From an uncultured bacterium (GTDB lineage: Bacteria; Planctomycetota; UBA1135; UBA2386), in the NCBI GenBank assembly GCA_937906475.1, contig CALCZA010000054.1, forward strand, positions 29,810 to 93,809: a stretch of DNA of 64,000 nucleotides, read 5' to 3'. Below the pieces are notes generated by a model. It was not told where the DNA came from and made no database searches. It saw nothing but the letters and a program-made list of their open reading frames with translations. Shown in pieces: positions 37,714 through 47,388 of this stretch (position 1 is the stretch's first letter; every line of letters starts with the position of its first letter). Position numbers and translations under genes: made by a program.

Positions 37714-38597
37714 GTGACCCGAGCCTGCCGGCTAGTCCGGCTTGGTTCCGGTTTGCGCGAGAAGGGGCGGCTGCGCTCGGTGCGGTCGATGCGAGTGGCG
37801 ACGAGGTTCGCTGGTTCGATCTTGGACCACTCGATGTGGTTGCATTGCTGCACACCGGCGCGCTCAATCAGCAGGACCTGTCGGATCGCATCGCACGCGC
37901 TTCGGTGATGCCTCGGCCAGCGCGGTTCCTGTCGCCGGTGCCACGCGGTGGCAAGATCCTGTGTCTCGCCAAGAACTACGTGAAGCATGCGCGTGAGTTC
38001 GGTGCCGAGGCGCCGAGCGAACCGATCTTCTTCGCCAAGCTCCCCGACACGTTGGTGGCGCACGGTGACGATGTGGTCATTCCGCATTGGTTAGAAACAC
38101 GCGTCGACCACGAAGCCGAATTAGGGCTCGTGCTCGGCTTTGCCGACCCCGAACAACGCGGCCGCAAGAACCTGACCGAGGCGCAAGCGCCGGCGGTTGT
38201 CGCTGGCTACACGCTGATTAACGATGTCACCGCTCGCAAACTGCAGGGCCAAGATCGAGACCAGAAATACCCGTGGCTTCGCGCCAAGGCACTCGACACG
38301 TTCTGCCCGGCTGGCCCGTTCGTGGTGCCTGCCGACGCGATCGACGCTTCGGATCTGCGCCTGATCATGCGCGTTAACGGCGAGGTCCGTCAGGATGCGC
38401 GCACCAGCGCGATGGTGTTCGCGATTCCGCAGGCGCTGCAGGCGATGGCGCGCTGCACGACGCTGCGGCCCGGCGACCTTATTGCGATGGGGACGCCCGA
38501 GGGCGTGTCGCCGGTCGTGCCGGGGGATCAAATGGAGGTCGAGATCGAAGGCCTCGGTATTCTCCGCAACCCGGTCGTCAAGGAACTCGCCCCGTAA
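37710..38597 (+). CDS. Fumarylacetoacetate hydrolase family protein
   Basis: KILCLAKNY, DHEAEL, NDVTAR, RAKALDTFCPAGP, PGDLIAMGTPEG. Confidence 0.92.
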   Translation: MSDPSLPASPAWFRFAREGAAALGAVDASGDEVRWFDLGPLDVVALLHTGALNQQDLSDRIARASVMPRPARFLSPVPRGGKILCLAKNYVKHAREFGAEAPSEPIFFAKLPDTLVAHGDDVVIPHWLETRVDHEAELGLVLGFADPEQRGRKNLTEAQAPAVVAGYTLINDVTARKLQGQDRDQKYPWLRAKALDTFCPAGPFVVPADAIDASDLRLIMRVNGEVRQDARTSAMVFAIPQALQAMARCTTLRPGDLIAMGTPEGVSPVVPGDQMEVEIEGLGILRNPVVKELAP

Positions 38598-38649
38598 CGG
38601 AGCGACGGTCGTTGCGCGCCTAGAACTGCGCGGCCCGAACGCCGCGCTT

Positions 38650-40227
38650 CTAGAAGCGCAGCGTTTCGATGGTCGTCAGCGACGTCGTCGCACCCTGGCC
38701 ACCAAACAGCACCAACGTGCCGTCCGACATCAGGTTGGCGGTGTGACTGGCGCGCGCGCCGGTCAGCGCTGGAGCGCTGCTCCAGGTGTTGGTGCTTGGG
38801 TTGAACACGTCGACGTTGGCAACCGAAATGGGCACCAACAGCGTTCCTTGGGCTCCGCCGCAGGCGACGACCCGTCCGTCTGCCAGAACCGTGGCACTAT
38901 GCAGGGCGCGCACGGTCGGCATGTTGACCGTTTGCCAACTGTTGGTGGCTGGGTTGTAAACCTCAGCACCGCTGATCGGTGCTGCGCTCGTGGCGCCAAG
39001 CAGGTTGGGAACGTTCAGTCCGCCCGTCATCAGCACACGCCCGTCGTTGAGCGTTACCTGGTTGTATTGGTGACCTGCGCGGCCTTGCGACATGCTCGCA
39101 GCACTCGACCAACTGCTGTTTGCAGGGTTCCAACGCTGCACCGCAGTGGTGCTGATGGCGGCAATCGGGAAGCCGAAGAAGATCGTGACGGCGACGCCGC
39201 CACTGACCATGACCTGCCCGTTCGATAGCAGCGTCAGCGCTGGCCCCAATCGTCGGCCGCCAATGTTTTGGGTGCTCGACCAGGAGCCGGAAGCTGGGTT
39301 GAAGATCTCGGCCGACCGCAGCGTGCCAGTAATCGCGGCGGTGACGTTGGGAGCAAGTGTCGACGTGCCGCCTGCGACCATGACGCGGCCATCGGCGAGG
39401 ATGCTGGCGCCGTGCAGGATGCGCGGCGTGCCCATGCTGCCGGTCGCGGTGAAGCTGTCGGTCGCCGGGTCGTAGATCTCGCAATTGGACAGCACGGTGC
39501 CGAATTGATCAGCGCCACCGATCAGGAGCACGCGGCCGTCGTTGAGGCGCACAGTCGAGTGCAGAGCCCGAGCAGCCGTCATGTTCGGGCCGGCGGTCAC
39601 TGCCATGCGGCGGAAGTCCCAGCGTTCGGTTGATGCGAGTCCAGATGCCGCGGTCAACGTGCCGGCACCGCCACCAGTGATGAGCACATCGCTCGCACTG
39701 TTGTTGTTGTTGACGTTGACGAGGCTCGCCGACAGCGCGCGCGCGAACTGCAAGCCGTTCGGGGCGACGACTCCGGTATTGGTAGCGCCGGTCAGTGTGA
39801 CGACGTCGTTGGAGAGTTCGCCGATCAGCGTGGCGCCAAACAACAGCGAAGCCGTTTGCCAGTGCAGTTCGTAGCCGCTGATGCTCGGATTGTTCGGCAG
39901 TGGCAGCGAGTAGCTTGCATCGCCGTTCCCGTCGGTAACCAGGATACTCATGAGATCGATGAAATCGACGCCGACGGCGAGTGAGCGCGTGTCGACCGGA
40001 TCGATCAGAGCTAGTGGCGTTGGGCCACTTGTTGCGGACGGGATGACGAGCACGAAGGACGTCGCCGGACCGTTGACGACGTCGAGGACAAGGTCTTGTC
40101 CTAGGCGCGCCGAAGTCCGCTTCTCGAGGTCGTAATCGAATTGTGCGGCGAGAGGCGCAACGGTGAGGAAGGCGACCAGAAGGCCGGCTGCCTGCAAGTT
40201 GCGGGAGGGCAGGTGGTGGTTGAACAT
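38650..40227 (-). CDS. Secreted Kelch-repeat beta-propeller protein
   Basis: Signal peptide; repeated R..H...L.DGRVL..GG....E.Y.P....W units; GAGGAG RBS. Confidence 0.9.
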   Translation of the reverse strand: MFNHHLPSRNLQAAGLLVAFLTVAPLAAQFDYDLEKRTSARLGQDLVLDVVNGPATSFVLVIPSATSGPTPLALIDPVDTRSLAVGVDFIDLMSILVTDGNGDASYSLPLPNNPSISGYELHWQTASLLFGATLIGELSNDVVTLTGATNTGVVAPNGLQFARALSASLVNVNNNNSASDVLITGGGAGTLTAASGLASTERWDFRRMAVTAGPNMTAARALHSTVRLNDGRVLLIGGADQFGTVLSNCEIYDPATDSFTATGSMGTPRILHGASILADGRVMVAGGTSTLAPNVTAAITGTLRSAEIFNPASGSWSSTQNIGGRRLGPALTLLSNGQVMVSGGVAVTIFFGFPIAAISTTAVQRWNPANSSWSSAASMSQGRAGHQYNQVTLNDGRVLMTGGLNVPNLLGATSAAPISGAEVYNPATNSWQTVNMPTVRALHSATVLADGRVVACGGAQGTLLVPISVANVDVFNPSTNTWSSAPALTGARASHTANLMSDGTLVLFGGQGATTSLTTIETLRF

Positions 40228-40592
40228 GGTGTTGTGCTCCTCGCAGGGACGAGAGTGCGGGGGTGTGCGCAGGGGGAATACTATCCGACCTAGCGCACCG
40301 CGTGATTAGTGCTCGAGTTTGTGATGATCTGTCCGGAGATGAGAATAGGCGGCCAACACGCATGGCCGACGCGCGGAATAACGCTGGTCCGATCCGTCAC
40401 ATCGGAGGATTCGCCACGCGGACGCCGCCAAACATGGACGCCCGGAAGAGTCCTGGTCAGGCGCCGGACGAAGAGACTGGGTCGAGGGAGCCTGGCGGCG
40501 ATGGTGTCGATCTGCACGGTGGAGCGTTATTGGCGCGCCGGGTGTGCGGTTGAGGCGGACGTGTTGGCGGAGTACGGCCGGCGACTGGCTAA

Positions 40593-41771
40593 CTAGCCTC
40601 CGTCAACGTGATCCGGATCCTCGATCACCAGATCATCATCATCCGCTGCCAAGAACCCTTCCGGCAGCGACACCGTCTGCGTCTTGGCATGCTTACAACG
40701 GCGCGCCCGCAACCCTGCGATTGGGTACGGAATGTCACGCGGCAAGTCGGCCAACAGTTCGCGTAGTTCGTCCAGCGTGTTGACCATGTGCAGCTTTGGT
40801 AGTTTGCGTTTGGTGCCGGCGAACCCCTTCAAATACCAACCGGTGAACTTCCGGATCTGTGTCAGGCCGTGCTTCTCGCCGAAGAAGTCGGCGAGTAACG
40901 CGGCGTGGTTGAGGATTGTATCAACGACACCGCCTAGGTCTGGCGGCGCCGGCGGTTCTTCACCAGTCAACGCGGCACACAACTCAGCAAACAACCACGG
41001 CCGGCCGAGGCAGCCACGCCCGACGACGACGCCGTCGCACCCGGTCTCGCGGATCATGCGCAACGCGTCCCACGGTTCGAAGATGTCGCCGTTGCCTAGT
41101 ACTGGGATCGTCTTAACGTGTTCTTTGAGCTTCGTGATTGCGGACCAATCAGCTTCGCCTGAGTAAAGCTGTGCCGCAGTGCGCGCATGCAGAGCGACAG
41201 CACGGGCACCTTCGCCTTCGCCGATCTGGCCTGCGTCGAGGTAGGTCAGTAGCGAGTCGTCGATGCCTTTGCGGAACTTAATGGTGACCGGAATATCACC
41301 AGCGCTAGCAACGACGCTGCGCACGATCTTCTGCAGGAGGCGCGGTTTGACCGGAATCGCGGCACCACCGCCGGACGCCGTAACCTTGCGCACCGGACAC
41401 CCGAAGTTCATGTCGATGTGGTGCACACCCCATTCTTCGACCAACGTCTTAGTTGCCTCGGCGAGCGTCTCCGGGTTGGTGCCGTAGAGTTGGATGCTGC
41501 GGCGGTTGGTCTCGTCTTTGCCGAACGACGCCAATTGCAGTGTGCGCTCGTGGCGCTCGACGAAGGCGCGCGCCGTGATCATCTCGCTGACGTAGAGGCA
41601 GCGGTCGTCGGAGAACTTGCGGCACAGTGACCGGAACGGCGCGTTGGTGATGCCGGCCATTGGCGCGAGTACGACCGGAGGGAAGATCTCCATCGGACCG
41701 ATCGTCAGCGGCTTGATCTCGCCCGGTTGGGGGAGTGCAACGTTGGCGTTCTCTTCGCTACGCAGAGTCAT
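40593..41771 (-). CDS. dusB: tRNA-dihydrouridine synthase B
   Basis: LAPMAGIT, IDMNFGCP, VTIKFR, HARTAAQLYSG, GNGDI, GRGCLGRPWLF. Confidence 0.93.
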   Translation of the reverse strand: MTLRSEENANVALPQPGEIKPLTIGPMEIFPPVVLAPMAGITNAPFRSLCRKFSDDRCLYVSEMITARAFVERHERTLQLASFGKDETNRRSIQLYGTNPETLAEATKTLVEEWGVHHIDMNFGCPVRKVTASGGGAAIPVKPRLLQKIVRSVVASAGDIPVTIKFRKGIDDSLLTYLDAGQIGEGEGARAVALHARTAAQLYSGEADWSAITKLKEHVKTIPVLGNGDIFEPWDALRMIRETGCDGVVVGRGCLGRPWLFAELCAALTGEEPPAPPDLGGVVDTILNHAALLADFFGEKHGLTQIRKFTGWYLKGFAGTKRKLPKLHMVNTLDELRELLADLPRDIPYPIAGLRARRCKHAKTQTVSLPEGFLAADDDDLVIEDPDHVDGG

Positions 41772-41902
41772 CGGAGCTACGCAGGGACCTCGATCGGGGC
41801 GACAAGTGGGGGCGCACTGCTGATCAGCGCGCGAGTGGATAAGACCATGCTTTGCTCCCTATTACATCGCGGCGAAGGGTTCTTCGCGGCAAGGGGGAAA
41901 GA

Positions 41903-41991
41903 TGGTGCCCAGGAGAGGACTTGAACCTCCATGGGATTTTACTCCCGCTAGGACCTGAACCTAGTGCGTCTGCCAATTCCGCCACCTGGGC
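41903..41991 (-). tRNA. tRNA-Leu (anticodon CAG)
   Basis: Reverse complement GCCCAGGTGGCGGAATTGGCAGACGCACTAGGTTCAGGTCCTAG...GTTCAAGTCC...CCA with a long variable arm. Confidence 0.95.
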
Positions 41992-42120
41992 ATCCAGTGG
42001 GGACGAAGGAAGCTAGCGGGCAGGGGCCATGATGCAAGAGCCTAGCAGCCCGTTTCCGCGTCTGGTCAGAACGACGAGCTTGCGCGTTCGCGCCAGATGC
42101 CGTACCTGGAGGGGGTCGAA

Positions 42121-42603
42121 ATGGCAAAGTCATCGAGTAGCAAGAACGGCCAGAAGCTCAAGACGAAGGAAGTCTTGGTTGGCGAGAACCGCAAAGCCCG
42201 TCATGAGTACGAAATCACCGACTCGTTTGAGGCCGGAATGGTGCTCCGGGGCACGGAAGTGAAGGTGCTGCGGCAGGGCCAAATCAGCCTTGCCGAGGCA
42301 TATGCGCGCTTCAAGGATGATCAGCTCTACTTGATCAACGCGAACATCCCGGAATACAGTCACGGCAACCAGCAGAACCACGAGCCGAAGCGCTGGCGCA
42401 AGCTGCTGCTGAAGCGCAAGGAACTCGAGAAGCTCAAAGAACAGACCCAGATGAAGGGACTGACCTTGGTGCCGCTGCGCGTTTTCTTCGGTGCGAAGGG
42501 CTACGCCAAATGCTTGATCGGGGTTGGCCGTGGTCGCAAGACCCACGACAAGCGCAGTCATCTCAAAGAGAAGGACCTCAAGCGCGAGATGCGCGGCGAC
42601 TGA
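42121..42603 (+). CDS. smpB: SsrA-binding protein
   Basis: NRKARHEY, EAGMVLRGTEVK, RKLLL, GLTLVPL, HDKR. Confidence 0.97.
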   Translation: MAKSSSSKNGQKLKTKEVLVGENRKARHEYEITDSFEAGMVLRGTEVKVLRQGQISLAEAYARFKDDQLYLINANIPEYSHGNQQNHEPKRWRKLLLKRKELEKLKEQTQMKGLTLVPLRVFFGAKGYAKCLIGVGRGRKTHDKRSHLKEKDLKREMRGD

Positions 42604-42750
42604 TCGCAGCCCGGCTTGCCTTGCCCACTCGGTCTACCGGCGCTTGGTCTTGTCCGCTAGGAAGCGGTAGAAGCGATTGCTCCTGCTCGACGCCGTCGCG
42701 ATATCGGTAGTTGATGATTCGAAAGGGCATCGGTAGTTATCACCTGTGAT

Positions 42751-43020
42751 ATGCCCAAGACTCTTGCTGTCGCCTTTGTCCTTAGCTTCGCTGCCTGCCA
42801 GCAAAACACCGCTGGATCTCGTCTAGAGCAGGGCCCGTACACTGTGAAATACACGATTCGTACAAGTGACAGCAGCACGAGCGGCAGCGGTCCTAAGGGG
42901 GTCGATGTCGAGCGGATCAGGTTCCACGAACAGTATGTGGTGCTCGAGACTAAGGAAGGTCGTAGCCAGCTGCTTCCAGTTGACCGTCTGGTTGACTTCC
43001 GCTGGAGCAAGCGGAAATGA
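42751..43020 (+). CDS. Small lipoprotein of unknown function
   Basis: MPKTLAVAFVLSFAAC lipobox, 89 aa. Confidence 0.65.
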   Translation: MPKTLAVAFVLSFAACQQNTAGSRLEQGPYTVKYTIRTSDSSTSGSGPKGVDVERIRFHEQYVVLETKEGRSQLLPVDRLVDFRWSKRK

Positions 43021-43022
43021 TG

Positions 43023-43055
43023 CGCGGCGTTGCGCCAATGATGCGCAACGCCGCG
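43023..43055. terminator. Hairpin between the convergent lipoprotein gene and tmRNA
   Basis: cgcggcgttgcgc-N7-gcgcaacgccgcg, 13-bp stem. Confidence 0.65.
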
Positions 43056-43057
43056 AA

Positions 43058-43409
43058 TGGTGGAGGCGGCGGGAATCGAACCCGCGTCCCAGAATGCCTC
43101 GACCTGAGCTTCTACGCGCGTAGTTCGTTATTTGGTGTCATCCGCACAGCTCCAACGAACAGGATCAGCGCGGACCAACTCGACTGTTTCTCGTTGCGAC
43201 TGGGCCGAGTAGCCAGCCAGCAACCAGCCTGCTGTGTAGCGCCTTGGCCCCCCGCAGACAAAGGGACCTCAGCGTCGCGCTTAGTTATTAAGCAGCGAGG
43301 GAGTAGTGCGTGTTGGCACTTAAGTTTTTCCAGTCGGATTTACGAGGTGCCTGGCCCTCGGCGCGCCACATCAGGACGGATCAACATTCGGTCGAAGCCG
43401 ATCGCCCCC
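43058..43409 (-). ncRNA. ssrA: tmRNA; resume tag ANTHYSLAA
   Basis: 5' GGGGGCGA..TTCGAC, 3' GGTTCGATTCCCGCCGCCTCCACCA; tag frame at 43317-43288 ending in tandem TAA. Confidence 0.95.
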
Positions 43410-43523
43410 AGATTTGACGCTGACGTTATCGGTCATGCTCGGGTCTAGCACAAGAGCCGCACAAGATCCCCGTTTGTGGCTACACTCGTGGTGCCCCCTC
43501 TCCGGGAGTCCTAACGGAGTCCG

Positions 43524-45284
43524 ATGTCCCGAAGCTTGCCCCCTAGAATCGTGTTCTGCAGAGCCGTTCTGCCATTGGCTGCGATTCTATCCACCCAGAT
43601 CGCACTCGTTGGGCAGCGAGGCAAAGACCTCGCCGAAGTCCAGAAGCACACGGCCGCCGCAATCCAGCAGTGGATAGATGACTTCACCAGTGGCCGCCTT
43701 GGTCCGCGCGGCGCGTTGCGATCCGGTGCGCAGCTACAACCGCGCTACATGGGGCATGCGAAGCGTGCTGGCCACCTGCAGTCGAAGGATCTGGATCGCC
43801 TCAACCATTTGGATGCGTTGCAGAAGCTGTTGTTCTTCGCCGAAAAGAACCCTTCGCCTGAGTTGGGGGACGCGGTGCTGGGGGTCGCGTCGGCGGGGCT
43901 CGACCGATCGTTCTTGGATCGCGATGCGTTCGAGTTGCGTGAGCTTGGGCACTGGACGTTGATGCGCATGGAGAACCAGGGCATCTGGTTCCAGATTTTG
44001 CGTGCGGCAGCAGGCGATCGCTTGCCGGTGTTCGATGAGTTGCGGCCGCGCGTCCGGAAAGAAGAAGACGTGTCGGTTGGCCCGGCGCGTCGGGTGGCTG
44101 CGTTGCGGTTACTTGGCCAGCGCAACTTGCCGGTGTTTCGTAGCACGTTGGAGGCGGCGTTGATCGATCCGGATCCAAGGGTGCGATTGGCTTCGGCCGA
44201 GTCGATTCGACGGCCTTGGAAGGCTGCGACGGTGAAGCGCGTCGGATTGGCCATGCAACGCGAACGGCATCCGGTGGTGTCGCAGGCGTTGGTGCGGTTG
44301 CTGCTTCAGATGTTGAAGCGGTCACCCAAGAATCTGACGCCTGCTGATCGGCAGTCGCTCGTGTCGGGAGCGTTCTCACAGATGGGGCTCGCCGGTTGGC
44401 GAACGGACATGGATCTGCTGGATCTGGTCGAGGCCTACCCGCACAGATCGGCGATCCCGAGCTTGATCGAAGCGTTGGATCTAACGATCAAGTCGCCGGA
44501 CGCGTTGGTGTCGGCGGTCAACAATAAGGCGTCGCCTTTGTTGCGGCAGCGTGCCGGCCAGTTGTTGCGCGCAATGACCGGTGCGTTGGTGCCGATTGAA
44601 GATCCGAATGCGTGGCGTGAGTTCTGGGCGAAGGAACAGGACAACATCGTCGTGCCCGATCGTTTGGCGAAGGCCGACCCCAATGGCACGAGTGTTAAGT
44701 TCTTTGGCGTGCCAGTTACCGGCACGTCGATTGCGTTCTTGATTGATACTAGTGGCAGCATGGACAGCGCGCCTGCCGGCAAGGGACCGATCACTGGCTT
44801 GCGGCGCACACGCGTGGCGCGTACGAGATTGGCCGCCGCGAAGGAACAGTTGGTGCTGGCGGCGCAGGTGATGGCACCAGAGTCGCAGTACTACTTGTTG
44901 ACGTTCGCCGAACAGGCGAAGACGTGGACGCGTCAGCCGATTCGACCTGATCGCCGTTCGACCCGTTCGTTGACTGGCTTGTTGAGCCGGTTGAACGCGC
45001 GCGGTGGTACCAACCTGTATGCGGGGTTGGTGGCTGCACTCGAGACCGAGGGGCGGACCTATGGCGACAAGGCGCTGCCGAAGATCGATGAGTTGTTCAT
45101 TCTCAGTGATGGCGACCCAACTTCCGGTGACGTTCGCGATACGGAGACGATCTGCGAACTGGTCAAGTTGGCCAATCGCTACGCGAAGATCCGGATCAAC
45201 TCAGTGTTCACCGGCACCGGCAAGGGGGCTGAGTTATTGCGGCGTTTGGCCGAAGAGAACGGCGGCGTGTTCGTGCAGCGCTGA
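43524..45284 (+). CDS. HEAT-repeat plus VWA (MIDAS) domain protein
   Basis: DPDPRVRLASA HEAT repeat, FFGVP, IDTSGSM, GGTNL, LSDGDP, LRRLAEENGG. Confidence 0.85.
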   Translation: MSRSLPPRIVFCRAVLPLAAILSTQIALVGQRGKDLAEVQKHTAAAIQQWIDDFTSGRLGPRGALRSGAQLQPRYMGHAKRAGHLQSKDLDRLNHLDALQKLLFFAEKNPSPELGDAVLGVASAGLDRSFLDRDAFELRELGHWTLMRMENQGIWFQILRAAAGDRLPVFDELRPRVRKEEDVSVGPARRVAALRLLGQRNLPVFRSTLEAALIDPDPRVRLASAESIRRPWKAATVKRVGLAMQRERHPVVSQALVRLLLQMLKRSPKNLTPADRQSLVSGAFSQMGLAGWRTDMDLLDLVEAYPHRSAIPSLIEALDLTIKSPDALVSAVNNKASPLLRQRAGQLLRAMTGALVPIEDPNAWREFWAKEQDNIVVPDRLAKADPNGTSVKFFGVPVTGTSIAFLIDTSGSMDSAPAGKGPITGLRRTRVARTRLAAAKEQLVLAAQVMAPESQYYLLTFAEQAKTWTRQPIRPDRRSTRSLTGLLSRLNARGGTNLYAGLVAALETEGRTYGDKALPKIDELFILSDGDPTSGDVRDTETICELVKLANRYAKIRINSVFTGTGKGAELLRRLAEENGGVFVQR

Positions 45285-45320
45285 GCTGCGAGCACGTTCT
45301 CGATGCTTGGCTCAGTACGC

Positions 45321-45351
45321 AAATGCGGCCGCCGTGAAGGCGGCCGCATTT
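45321..45351. terminator. Bidirectional intrinsic terminator
   Basis: aaatgcggccgcc-gtgaa-ggcggccgcattt between convergent genes. Confidence 0.8.
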
Positions 45352-45409
45352 GTTCTAGGTTGTTGCTGGCGACTAAGCGGCAGCAACAGGGACTAGAAGT
45401 TCAACTGGA

Positions 45410-47149
45410 CTAGAACCCCAACGTGCCTTCGATGCCGTTCGAGCCCAGCAGGTTGGCCGGGTTCTGGATCGTCAGGCAGATCGACTGGCCTGTCAGCATC
45501 GAGCCGGCGAGGGCCACGTTGTTTGGAATCGGGATTGACACCGTGGTGCTGTTGCCGACGGCGAAGCCGGTCATGCTGGCGAGGACCGTGTTGATCCAGA
45601 TCGAGCAACCGGGGGCATTGATACCGATGGCCGAAAACGGCAGGCCGGAGCCTTGGCTGTCGCCAAAGAACGTGATCGCGATCGGGGAAGCGGCGTCGAT
45701 GTTCGTCGTGGTCAGGTCCCAGTTGGTGCCGAGCACCGGTCGGTTGCTGTTCAGGCCGAGCGATAGGACTTCCATGTCACCAAAGGTGATCGTCTGGCCT
45801 AGGTCGACCGAAAGGTCGTAGCCGCCGTTGTCTGATTGGGCGCCACCAGCGGTGAAGCCGGTGATGTAGGCATTGCCAACGTTGTTGGTGACCGTGTCGT
45901 AGACGATCGTGATGTTGCCCGAGGTCAGGTCGAACTGAACTTGGAACGTCTCACCGGTCGTTAGGCTCCAGTTGAAGACGTTGTTCCAGCTGACGATGGC
46001 GACCCCAGCAACCTCTTCGAAGCTGATCGTGCCACTGCCGGTGGCGTTCGGTTGGAAGTCGTGCCACATCGGACTGATCATCGGCAGTGCCGAGGCGAGC
46101 CAAGTCGGTACGTCCGGCGTCCAGCCAGCACCATTGCCAGTAGCACCGAGTGTGATCTGACCGTTCGACGAAACCGTTAGGTTCATCGTGGAGCCACCCG
46201 GGATCGGCATCGCGACCGACAGGGCGACAGTCTCTTCGATGTCGTCACCGAGAGCCACTACGGCGGCGGTGGCCGACGGTGCGATGAAGACGCCGGGGAT
46301 CGAATCGAGAGCTGTGTAGCCAGCACCGCTGCGCAGCAGGGTGATCGTCGAGCCGTTGAGGTCGAACATGCCGACGTCCATGAACTCGTACATGTTGGCG
46401 TCCGTGCCACCACAGCCAGTGCCGTAGGCGGTTGCCGAAGAGCACTGCGAGGCGCCGCCGAGCGGTATGACCACGAAGCCCGGGCTGACCGGGATCATGT
46501 TGAAGCCATCAGCCGCCAGGTCAAAGGTCATCGCTGCGAGGAACTCTTCGAAGGTCGTGTCGTCGAGCGTGATCGGGCCAGTGCTGAAGTCGCTGCTCAG
46601 CGGGATGGTCGCACCGTTGCCGGGGCTGGCGCCGATGACGCCGTTAGCCGAGATACCGCCGAAGGTGGAGTTGTTAGTCGCGTTGGCGTCGTAGACGCAC
46701 TTGATCTCGCCGGCGAGCCCCAGGGTCATTTGGAACGAGAAGGTCTGCGTTCCGCCATAGCTGATCATGTCCTGCCACGTAATCGTGAACTGGCTCGCGG
46801 TGCCGCCAACGTAGACGTCGCCGATTGCGCCGGGGACTGTGTCCGTCCATAGCGGGCAAATGACTGGACCGTTGGTCGCTAGGTCCGCTGAGTTCGGCGA
46901 GTAGACGAGCGGCACGGCGACGGGCGTTGCCGGCACAGCGCCGTTTGACAGGAAGCAGATACCGTGATCCGAGATCGAGATGTCGGTGTAGGTCATTCCC
47001 GCGAACGGGAAGGCGAAGCCGATGGGCTGCGGTGCCGAGATCGAGTCGGTGGTAATGCCAATTGGGGAGCCCGCAGGCTCGAAACAGGCTTGCGCCATTG
47101 CCGACGTGGCGAGCAGGCCTGCGGCCAGGGTGGATGCGAGCTTTGTCAT
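45410..47149 (-). CDS. Secreted acidic protein with two nidogen(NIDO)-like repeats and an unnamed C-terminal domain
   Basis: Signal peptide ending AMA/Q; GFAFPF..ISDHG..ICPLWTD..SFQ repeated as VSSNG..ISPMWHD..TFQ. Confidence 0.72.
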   Translation of the reverse strand: MTKLASTLAAGLLATSAMAQACFEPAGSPIGITTDSISAPQPIGFAFPFAGMTYTDISISDHGICFLSNGAVPATPVAVPLVYSPNSADLATNGPVICPLWTDTVPGAIGDVYVGGTASQFTITWQDMISYGGTQTFSFQMTLGLAGEIKCVYDANATNNSTFGGISANGVIGASPGNGATIPLSSDFSTGPITLDDTTFEEFLAAMTFDLAADGFNMIPVSPGFVVIPLGGASQCSSATAYGTGCGGTDANMYEFMDVGMFDLNGSTITLLRSGAGYTALDSIPGVFIAPSATAAVVALGDDIEETVALSVAMPIPGGSTMNLTVSSNGQITLGATGNGAGWTPDVPTWLASALPMISPMWHDFQPNATGSGTISFEEVAGVAIVSWNNVFNWSLTTGETFQVQFDLTSGNITIVYDTVTNNVGNAYITGFTAGGAQSDNGGYDLSVDLGQTITFGDMEVLSLGLNSNRPVLGTNWDLTTTNIDAASPIAITFFGDSQGSGLPFSAIGINAPGCSIWINTVLASMTGFAVGNSTTVSIPIPNNVALAGSMLTGQSICLTIQNPANLLGSNGIEGTLGF

Positions 47150-47388
47150 GATTGTAGTGGACTTGGAACGGCAGGAATAAACGCGTGGCGTCCGAGGGCG
47201 CGTCAGGCAGTATTGCACAGTAGCATAGAGGCTCCTCGACGTTGACACGGTGCGACCCCGAAATCTGCCAGAGCTTTGTTCGCGTCGTCGTAAATGAACA
47301 GCCTAATCATTTCGCCTTGGCACCTGGCCGTGGCTTCCGGCAGCCAACCACTAGACGTCGCAACGATCCGTTTGGACCACCCGTCGCC

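Noticed and set aside
40290-40517. 75-aa minus-strand ORF between dusB and the Kelch gene
   Set aside because: No RBS, motif or codon bias to support it
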